Positions 57,701 through 64,000 of a stretch of 64,000 nt of DNA are shown here, in pieces; within the stretch, counting starts at the first letter, position 1; every line of letters starts with the position of its first letter. A model generated the notes under the pieces. That model was not told where the DNA came from. It did no database searches and saw only the letters and a list, made by a program, of their open reading frames with translations. The position numbers and the translations under genes were made by a program. Where the stretch lies: contig CAXXYH010000004.1 in NCBI GenBank assembly GCA_963677925.2, positions 768,001 to 832,000 on the forward strand, read 5' to 3'. This DNA is from Spirochaetia bacterium. Its GTDB lineage: Bacteria > Spirochaetota > Spirochaetia > UBA9216.

Positions 57701-57849
57701 TTGACAGCCTTAAATCGCTTAAGCATGAAAACAGGACTGTAGGTGTGATTTCACACGTACAGGAGCTTAAGCAGGAAATAGATACATTCATTACAGTAAC
57801 AAAAAACGGAGAAGAAGGCAGTTTCATTGAAAACAGCTGGGATCTCTGA
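54769..57849 (+). CDS. sbcC: exonuclease SbcCD subunit C (SMC/Rad50-like ATPase)
   Basis: GSVGSGKS, VPQGQF, coiled coils, zinc hook CPLCGS, LSGGQ, LDEGFGSLD, ISH. Confidence 0.95.
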   Translation: MRPEKLVLEGVYSYRSRTEIDFTSLTEADLFGIFGSVGSGKSAILEAITFVLYGEISRLDKKNRYYNMMNLRAAVMVIDFIFCHEGRRYRFTFNTKRNKKDFEKIETPERAGYKDDTGEWIPLFDKDNEVTAEGILGMNYDSFRRAVIVPQGQFQEFLHLGKNERTGMLKDLFSLGRFDLFSRASILASRTSKEAAGIDGALSGLEGVSEEELEKQKEEAAENSRMLEKAQVDFKKSSDAFERMKGLAERFAELSGYEAQKKELDSRAADIGEEKKLVSDYQIYVEYFKSDLERLASLEKEEAQSAERLSETEKELQKISAEKLEVDTAYEKARAQYEQLDDNKKKSEWFVGLLELQRFNDELEKLDSGISEAEKFPAESAAKLAAFKSELDNLNLELEDLQQSGTAEQMRGLAEWYSKMDALKSTERAVLERLSAVEKRLKLAEAELSRILSGEDAVNSGFDFSEASSSDEALSAVSDAEEVLSREDFELRDKQKDEAVRNEMARLSSSLHDGKPCPLCGSTEHPAPAGFSEDGGDSLTWASEALSRRRAALERLKTELTALYATLRAAAASAAECRGEAAAASAAVLDFKASFSSDKFSAADPDDFRQEYRRFLDNQKRTEDIRRAQSGINAEMEKLRSEAEAAAGKLAELRNRRSAMTARIESIEERIDSDFIEQYSASGPEVLQKLQRANDDSIKNISDNYRRLSEKRDSMTAIAAGLESKKRELSARLAETEAAISELRKKINEMLEEKKADSIDDVSATLSRASEIDAIRSRVRDFEQALQEVSARIEHLKEITEGAKFDEDAFQAEGRRNDVLKQEVQRLSGEAGRYESELKRAAADLEKKNELMKQKKELDTRTENLKLLKFMLQGNKFVDFVATVYLKELCNSANSRFRILTRESLRIELDESNNFIIRDYLNDGKTRSVKTLSGGQTFQAAFSLALALADNMEKGKAEFFFLDEGFGSLDRESLELVFDSLKSLKHENRTVGVISHVQELKQEIDTFITVTKNGEEGSFIENSWDL

Positions 57850-57862
57850 CATGGAGGATGAA

Positions 57863-58297
57863 ATGCATCAGGACGAAGGACATTACGCCGGAAAACATCC
57901 GGACAAATCAGCCTTGAATGAGCGGATTGCTGAAGTGCTGAAGGCAGAAGCCGAAAATGGACGGTTAAGCTGTACTGCAGCCCACCGGATTGCGTCGGAA
58001 CTGGGTGTGAGCCCTGCTGAAACCGGCAGGAACATGGATCTTCTCGAGATCAGAATTACTGGCTGTCAGCTTGGACTGTTCGGCAAAGATAAGGATGAGG
58101 TTGATAAAACCCTGCCTTCTGAGGATGATGTGGATGTACTCAAAGAAATAATTGAGGAGGACTCACGCAACGGAGGAATAAGCTGCCGTACTCTCTGGAC
58201 GGCTGCCGAAAAAGCCGGTTCTACCAAGGCTCAGGCTGCGGCTGTCTGTGATTTGATGTCTATTAAGATACACAGCTGCCAGCTGGGCGCATTTTAG
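57863..58297 (+). CDS. hypothetical protein with two tandem C...CQLGxF domains
   Basis: GRLSCTAAHRIA...IRITGCQLGLF and GGISCRTLWTAA...IKIHSCQLGAF; start ATG 57863 after GGAGG. Confidence 0.75.
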   Translation: MHQDEGHYAGKHPDKSALNERIAEVLKAEAENGRLSCTAAHRIASELGVSPAETGRNMDLLEIRITGCQLGLFGKDKDEVDKTLPSEDDVDVLKEIIEEDSRNGGISCRTLWTAAEKAGSTKAQAAAVCDLMSIKIHSCQLGAF

Positions 58298-58343
58298 AAT
58301 ATCAGGGGGCAGCTTTTTTGCGGCTGCCTCCCTCCCTATCTTT

Positions 58344-59279
58344 TTAAGCCTTATTTTTAAAGTTCGTAAGGCTGTAGGCAAAATCCTTGAATATAGCCCT
58401 GTCAAGTTTTCCCTGATCAACATCCTTCTTTATCAGCTCAAGCGCGTTAAGCGGGCTAAGCGCTGTCCTGTAAGGCCTGTCGTCATTGGTAATAGCTTCA
58501 TAACAATCGATAATAGCCAGAACCCTTCCCATATATGAGATGTCAGTTTTCCCTTCAGGATATCCGGAGCCGTCCAGCTTTTCATGGTGCTCCTTGCTGG
58601 CAAGTGCAATCTCGGAGAAATCCTCATCGGAATAAAGCTGAAGGATCTCAAAGCCGAGGGTCGTATGGGATTTGATCTTGTCAAATTCTTCATCAGTGAG
58701 TCTTCGGCTGGCCTTGAGGATGTAATTCGGAACCTCAGTCTTTCCAACATCATGAAGCAGGGCTGCCAGGCCGAGTTTTTTGGTTTCCTCTTCTGTAAGC
58801 GAAATGTAGTAACAGTATCCCACTGTCAGCGCCATAACATTGACTGAATGCAGAGCGGTTGTGTAGTCGTTGAAGGACATTCTTGCGAAATTCTTGAGGA
58901 CATTGGGCTGTAATGAAAAACCATCGATAAGATGGTTAACCGTATTCGGAGCCCGTTTAAGACCTCCGGCCCTTGGGGCTGCCAGTGTTTCCTCTACAAG
59001 ATCAACAAGGGAATCCTTTACTGTTGTGATGTCTTTGGTTGTTTCAAGTTTCTTTTGAAATCCGCGCTGAGCTGCTTCAATACTTTCCAGTCTGTTGTCG
59101 GGGTGTATGAAGAACTCGTCGATTGCGTATTTTCTTTCCAGGCTTTCGTGGGTAAACGACATTCCTGCCGGCTTGTACAATGTTATGTTTCCGCTTGGTG
59201 TTCGGTAATACAGCGGAATATCATCATAGTAGAGCAGATGACTTTTGCGGGCCGGTATCCATTTTTTTGGTGCAGACAT
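58344..59279 (-). CDS. HD-GYP domain protein (putative cyclic dinucleotide phosphodiesterase)
   Basis: HSVNV, LLHDVGK, HHEKLDGSGYPEG, DRPYR. Confidence 0.92.
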   Translation of the reverse strand: MSAPKKWIPARKSHLLYYDDIPLYYRTPSGNITLYKPAGMSFTHESLERKYAIDEFFIHPDNRLESIEAAQRGFQKKLETTKDITTVKDSLVDLVEETLAAPRAGGLKRAPNTVNHLIDGFSLQPNVLKNFARMSFNDYTTALHSVNVMALTVGYCYYISLTEEETKKLGLAALLHDVGKTEVPNYILKASRRLTDEEFDKIKSHTTLGFEILQLYSDEDFSEIALASKEHHEKLDGSGYPEGKTDISYMGRVLAIIDCYEAITNDDRPYRTALSPLNALELIKKDVDQGKLDRAIFKDFAYSLTNFKNKA

Positions 59280-59375
59280 GATCAGCTATCTCCAGATTGA
59301 CAGATTAGGTCGTAATTATATTCCTGATAATTTCGAAATTCAATCTTTTTACTTTTTTTTAACACTATTGTGGTA

Positions 59376-60614
59376 TCAGTATACCGGAAACAAATTGAAG
59401 AAACCATCCCCTATGCTGCCCGGGATCAGATTGGATAGATGGCCGCTTGTCCTTCCGCATTTGCTGTACAGCAGGGCGGACATGTTTTCGGTTGAATTGA
59501 TAAAAGAATCAGGATAGTTCCTTTCAAAAGTTTCGACAAAACCGGCTTCATAGGGTCTGGCTGATGTCATTCGTACATAGAGAAAGGTTTTAAAATAGTC
59601 GTTGATATCCTCAAAGGGCTGCTGCAGTATGTAAGCCATAAACTCGTTTACCAGCAGGTAGTCATTGCTCACGTCGTATCCCCGGTAATCGAGAAGCTTT
59701 TTCCAGAAGGTGATTTCATCCGGATGCATGCTGAAGAAAATCCTCTCTGACTGTGCTCTGAAATCAGGATCGGAAAAGAAGATTCCGTGCAGACATTCAT
59801 GGGTTAAAAAGCGGTAGCGCCAGTCCGGGAGTGATTCTCTTGAAACAGACAGCACAGCACCCTTTCCTCCGCTGTATTTTTCATTCTGCACGTTCAGTAT
59901 GCCTTCTGAGACAAGCAGGTCGCGGAGGTATATCTCTTCGCTGTTAAGTACTTCCGGTGTTTCCATAGCCATGTTGAAAAAATCAGCCAGATCCTCGGGG
60001 CGGTAATCATGTGCATTCCAGCCGTGACGGCCTTCGAGCCCCTCGTTTGAGACAATGGTTCCAACGAAACCCGGCTTTTCCACGAAGAAGGCCAGACGCT
60101 TAAAGAGCCTTGCCTGTGCTTCATAGTTCCAGGTATCAAAAATCAGTATGTCAGGGTAAAGGTTCCAGCGGTACACCTCCCAGTCATGTCCGCCGCGCGG
60201 AGCAAAATCCGAGAAAATTATATGTCCTATATCGGCATCCAGCGGTGTTTCACTGTCAATATCGAATACCTCTGATGAGATTAGATCAAACTCTGATTCT
60301 GTACTCTGTATCTCAACTCTATCAGGGAAAAACCCTAGCAGAGAAGGGTATAGAGAAATTTTTACCGGCCTGCTGCCTGAGGAAAAAGATGCGGTATATG
60401 ACTGAGTCTCCGAGAATGCTTTCAGCTCCCCTGTACCGTTTAATAAAAGATTCAGCCCCTTATTATTATCGTCGCCGGTAGAGACTATTACCCGGGTAAG
60501 ATCCCTGTTTTTGATTATTAGGGTTCCGGAATTACCGGCTGCGGATACTGAAGCAGAGCAAGTAAGCAGTAAGACTAAACTGAAAAAAAATGCAGACAAT
60601 CTCGGCGCATTCAT
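59376..60614 (-). CDS. secreted hypothetical protein with HExxH motif
   Basis: Signal peptide; RLAFFVEK, HGWNAHDY, THECLHG, NEFMAY. Confidence 0.7.
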   Translation of the reverse strand: MNAPRLSAFFFSLVLLLTCSASVSAAGNSGTLIIKNRDLTRVIVSTGDDNNKGLNLLLNGTGELKAFSETQSYTASFSSGSRPVKISLYPSLLGFFPDRVEIQSTESEFDLISSEVFDIDSETPLDADIGHIIFSDFAPRGGHDWEVYRWNLYPDILIFDTWNYEAQARLFKRLAFFVEKPGFVGTIVSNEGLEGRHGWNAHDYRPEDLADFFNMAMETPEVLNSEEIYLRDLLVSEGILNVQNEKYSGGKGAVLSVSRESLPDWRYRFLTHECLHGIFFSDPDFRAQSERIFFSMHPDEITFWKKLLDYRGYDVSNDYLLVNEFMAYILQQPFEDINDYFKTFLYVRMTSARPYEAGFVETFERNYPDSFINSTENMSALLYSKCGRTSGHLSNLIPGSIGDGFFNLFPVY

Positions 60615-60684
60615 ATAATCTGTATATTATCATTTATTGCGATCAGATAACAGTGTATATATACTTTAAACGGAGGGTTTAAAA

Positions 60685-61041
60685 ATGGATATCAAAATGA
60701 AGAAATATCTCGATATACTCAAAATCGAGCTGGAAGATCTGATATATGACATCGAATTCAATGAAGAAAATATGAAACGCCGGTTTGATGAACACGAAAT
60801 AACCGAATATGTTTTTCTTGAGAATACCAGCCTTCTGAAAAGGGAAGTTCTCGGAATTGAGAATGTTACTAAAGCTGTGGAAAAAGCCAAGGCTGAAAGT
60901 GAAAATGTTTCAGAGCTCAGGGCATACATCGAGAACTACTTTATTAATGAAATGAAAGCTGCCGGACTCCCCGGTGCTGTCAGACTTCTTGTCGAGCGCA
61001 AGCTTGAAAAGATTGCGACCTATATGGAGCTTGAAGACTGA
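60685..61041 (+). CDS. hypothetical protein
   Basis: GGAGG SD; helical 118-aa ORF upstream of cysQ. Confidence 0.7.
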   Translation: MDIKMKKYLDILKIELEDLIYDIEFNEENMKRRFDEHEITEYVFLENTSLLKREVLGIENVTKAVEKAKAESENVSELRAYIENYFINEMKAAGLPGAVRLLVERKLEKIATYMELED

Positions 61042-61054
61042 TATTTCTTAATTC

Positions 61055-61858
61055 ATGGAAGAATTAAACATTATTTTCGACAGTCTTGTTTCAATTTGCG
61101 CTCATGCAGGTGAACTTATTCTTGATGTTTACAGCAGAGAATTCCCTGTTGAGATGAAAGAGGATAATTCACCGCTTACCCAGGCCGACCGTGCTTCTCA
61201 TGAATACATCTGCAGCAAACTTGAAACGATAAAAGTGGACGGCAGAATTATCCCGCTCATTTCCGAAGAGGGCGAGATTGCCCCCCATGAGAAGAGGCGC
61301 AATTGGGATTATTACTGGCTGATAGACCCGCTGGACGGTACAAAAGAATTTGTAAAAAAGAACGGTGAGTTTACAGTCAATATAGCCCTGATGAAGAACA
61401 GCCGGCCTTATGCCGGAATAGTCTATGTTCCGGTTACCGGAGCTGTTTATTACGGCTCTGAACCGACCGGCAGTTTCCGGGCTGCGGTTAAAGACGGAAA
61501 ATCAGTGAATGCGATCCAGCTGCCGGATGAATCAATTAACCGGCGTGATGATGTTCTTGTCGCAGCAGGCAGCCGTTCCCACCGCAGTGAAGATTTTGAT
61601 AAGTTTGTCAATGAGTGGGCATCTGATAAGGGCTATAGTTCGGTTGAAGTCATTACCGCCGGAAGCAGTCTCAAGTTCTGCATGATCGCAGAAGGCGCCG
61701 CCGATATCTATCCGCGCTTCAGCCCGACTATGGAGTGGGATACAGCCGCCGCTCATGCTGTGGTAGAAGGTGCCGGACGCAGCTGTACCAGCCTTGACGG
61801 AAGCGAATTTCCTTATAACAAGCAGTCTCTTAAAAACGGCGGCTTTCTGGTGTTCTGA
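61055..61858 (+). CDS. cysQ: 3'(2'),5'-bisphosphate nucleotidase
   Basis: K.DNSPLT.AD, SEE, WLIDPLDGTKEF, GEFTVNIAL, SRSH, GSSLK, TMEWDTAA. Confidence 0.95.
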   Translation: MEELNIIFDSLVSICAHAGELILDVYSREFPVEMKEDNSPLTQADRASHEYICSKLETIKVDGRIIPLISEEGEIAPHEKRRNWDYYWLIDPLDGTKEFVKKNGEFTVNIALMKNSRPYAGIVYVPVTGAVYYGSEPTGSFRAAVKDGKSVNAIQLPDESINRRDDVLVAAGSRSHRSEDFDKFVNEWASDKGYSSVEVITAGSSLKFCMIAEGAADIYPRFSPTMEWDTAAAHAVVEGAGRSCTSLDGSEFPYNKQSLKNGGFLVF

Positions 61859-61871
61859 GCCGCCGCTTAGT

Positions 61872-63641
61872 CTACAGGCAGATGGTAAACGTTGATCCCT
61901 TTCCCGGAGTGCTCTCAACCGAGATGCTTCCGTTGTGGCTCAGGGCAATATGCTTGACTATCGACAGCCCCAGGCCTGTACCGCCTGATTCCCTGCTGCG
62001 CGCCTTGTCTACGCGGTAGAATCTTTCAAAAATACGATCCTGATCCTCCTGCGATATTCCGCAGCCCTGGTCCTTTACGCTGATGCAGGTTCTGCCCTCA
62101 TCGTTCTGTTTTACTGAAACCTTTATTTCAGTATCAGCCCCGCTGTATTTGATTCCGTTGTCTATCAGATTTATTACAGCCTGTTCGGCAAGCAGGGGGT
62201 GAACCTTCAGGATGATATCCTCGGGGCAGTTCATTTTAAGTTTTATGTTTTTATCTTCCGCCCTGGGTTCGCAGCTTGTTACAGCGCTTGTGAGCAGGTC
62301 TATCGCCGGAATCTCTTCAAACAGCGGAGCATTTCCGTCGTTCTTTTCTATTCCTGAAAGCAGAAGCAGATCGTCGATAATAGCCTCGATTCTGGAAGAG
62401 TGCTTCTCCATGATTCCAAGGAACTTGATTGTATTGTTTTCGCCTTCCTCCGGGGACATGCTGTCCAGCAGGGTTTCAATATATCCCTTAATCATAGTGA
62501 CCGGTGTTTTCAGTTCATGTGATACATTGGCTACAAAATCTTTGCGCATCTGTTCCAGCTGCTTCATTCGGGTTATGTCGTGCATTACAAGCAGAAGGGC
62601 GCTTACCTCCCCCTCGGCATCCTTAACCACGGTACCGTGAATTTCAAGGTGGGCGGGGCGGGGAAGATCCAGGGTAATAATTTCAGTCTTCGATGTCCCT
62701 GCCTCAACCATGCTCTGTGCAAAATTGTTCAGCTCCGAGTTTCTGAAAAGTTCAAGGATGCTCCTTCCCCTGTCGTCCTCTTCGTTGAAATGAAACAGTG
62801 TTTCCGCGGCCGAATTGATCCGCAGTATGTGCAGCCGTCTGTCGGTGAAGAGAACCGGCTCGGTCATGTTGTTCAGAATGAGCTGAAGCTCGTTTTTCTG
62901 TGTTTCAACCTTGTTTATACGATCCTGCAGCTGCATCCCCATTGAGTTTATGTCGTCCGAGAGTTCGGAAATTTCCTGAGGGCGCTCAATGAAAAGCTTT
63001 TTGGAAAAATCTCCGGCCGCATACATTGCCGCAGTCTGCTTGAGTTCGTTAATTATCCGGCTTACCCAGCCGGCAAGGATGTAGCTTAGCACCCCGACTG
63101 CAATAAAAAGAACGATGCTCAGTATTACTACACTCCGGTTTATGAGTGATAATCTTGAATCGATATCTTCAAGTGAACGTGCAAGCCTTATTGCGCCGTT
63201 GGTCGAATCACTGAATTGTATGGGGACGGCCGAATACATCATCTCAAAAGACATGGTCGCGCTGTTGCGGGTTGATGAGCCGTAGTTTCCGGAGAGGGCG
63301 GCAGAGACCTCCGGCCGGTCTGCGTGGTTGTTCATGCTGTCAGGGTCGTTCTGGGAATCCGCCAGCACGAGTCCGTTTTCGTTTATGATGGTAACCCTCA
63401 TGTCGGTTTCATTGGATGCCGTGTAAGCAAATTTTTCGATTCCCGCTATGTCGGTTGATGCAAGTCCTGCAGGAAAAACATTTTTAAGAAGTATACAGCT
63501 TTCCTTCAGGTATTCCTCGGTTTCACTGTAGTAGAAGGTTTTAAAGTTATAGGTGTTAAAGACGGCAATAGGTACTATAGCGATGAGCATCATCAGCATC
63601 AGTACAAGAAAGCTCTGCCGGAAAAGTGGGCGCTTTTTCAT
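61872..63641 (-). CDS. phoR: PhoR-like sensor histidine kinase (HAMP-PAS-HisKA-HATPase)
   Basis: NHADRPEV, RKDFVANVSHELKTP, FERFYRVDKARSRESGGTGLGLSIVKH. Confidence 0.85.
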   Translation of the reverse strand: MKKRPLFRQSFLVLMLMMLIAIVPIAVFNTYNFKTFYYSETEEYLKESCILLKNVFPAGLASTDIAGIEKFAYTASNETDMRVTIINENGLVLADSQNDPDSMNNHADRPEVSAALSGNYGSSTRNSATMSFEMMYSAVPIQFSDSTNGAIRLARSLEDIDSRLSLINRSVVILSIVLFIAVGVLSYILAGWVSRIINELKQTAAMYAAGDFSKKLFIERPQEISELSDDINSMGMQLQDRINKVETQKNELQLILNNMTEPVLFTDRRLHILRINSAAETLFHFNEEDDRGRSILELFRNSELNNFAQSMVEAGTSKTEIITLDLPRPAHLEIHGTVVKDAEGEVSALLLVMHDITRMKQLEQMRKDFVANVSHELKTPVTMIKGYIETLLDSMSPEEGENNTIKFLGIMEKHSSRIEAIIDDLLLLSGIEKNDGNAPLFEEIPAIDLLTSAVTSCEPRAEDKNIKLKMNCPEDIILKVHPLLAEQAVINLIDNGIKYSGADTEIKVSVKQNDEGRTCISVKDQGCGISQEDQDRIFERFYRVDKARSRESGGTGLGLSIVKHIALSHNGSISVESTPGKGSTFTICL

Positions 63642-63667
63642 TCGTTTCCTTTTTGTAAGAAAAATTT

Positions 63668-63810
63668 AGAATAATAAAAGTTAGCGACTTTTATTATTCT
63701 TACCTTGGATGTAAATGAAGATTTTTCACAAGTTCACTCAAGCATTTATATATACTGAACACCGAAAATCTTCAAAGCCAAATTTAAAACCAACTGCGTT
63801 TTAAATTTGG
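63668..63810 (-). repeat. three-hairpin structured intergenic element, copy B
   Basis: Minus strand: CCAAATTTAAAAC-GCAGTTG-GTTTTAAATTTGG; TGAAGATTTT...AAAATCTTCA; AGAATAATAAAAGT-CGCTA-ACTTTTATTATTCT; homologous to 53337-53485. Confidence 0.75.
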
Positions 63811-63811
63811 A

Positions 63812-64000
63812 TCAGTCACTTTTTAGACGGTACCCGACTCCGCGTACGGTTTCAATATATCTGCCCTGAGATCCGAGCTTTTTCCTGATACCAAGTATCT
63901 GTACATCCACTGAACGTTCGGTAACAGGGTAGTTCTGTCCGCGTACTGCATCGATTATCTGGTTCCTTGAAAATACCCATCCCGGATTGGATGCGAGGTG
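63812..64000 (-). CDS. OmpR/PhoB-family response regulator, 3' end (truncated by the window edge; not in the ORF track)
   Basis: Manual translation HLASNPGWVFSRNQIIDAVRGQNYPVTERSVDVQILGIRKKLGSQGRYIETVRGVGYRLKSD*. Confidence 0.9.
   Translation of the reverse strand, partial: HLASNPGWVFSRNQIIDAVRGQNYPVTERSVDVQILGIRKKLGSQGRYIETVRGVGYRLKSD

Noticed and set aside
53513-57849. SMC-like ATPase plus nuclease as a possible anti-phage system (Wadjet/Lamassu)
   Set aside because: Motifs and gene order fit housekeeping SbcDC; no kleisin, effector or defence-island context

Overview
A gene-dense 64 kb chromosomal segment with about 64 CDS. I found no rRNA, tRNA, CRISPR array, prophage or transposase. 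It most plausibly comes from a free-living anaerobic spirochaete; this is inferred from gene content and lipoprotein style, not proven. In order along the window: a DUF438/PAS protein; a flavinylated extracytosolic reductase lipoprotein flanked by two paralogous LysR genes; MarR-wrbA and trxA; a Cache-domain two-component pair; a flavodoxin-like pair; a YfcC transporter with an M20 peptidase; a TRAP/GntR/uxuAB sugar-acid cluster; kbl-tdh; an aminoaldehyde dehydrogenase behind a structured leader resembling the ldcC orphan RNA motif; ackA; nfeD-nfeD-floA; a five-gene Rrf2 operon; cvfB; sigma54 pspF/pspABC; DNA polymerase II; two ABC exporters; sbcDC; an HD-GYP protein; cysQ; and phoR/phoB-like genes. 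Three signals stand out. (1) The Rrf2 operon (34.4-38.1 kb) encodes a signal-less binding-protein homologue, a HypB/UreG-type GTPase, an ABC ATPase and a HypA-like Cys protein but no permease, so it is a candidate cytoplasmic metal-cluster maturation system. (2) An unannotated ~150-nt three-hairpin element occurs twice (53337-53485 + and 63668-63810 -), with compensatory base changes and the same position relative to the downstream start codon. (3) A candidate polyamine-sensing RNA leader lies at 25675-25770. All family assignments come from motif recognition by eye; no database searches were run.
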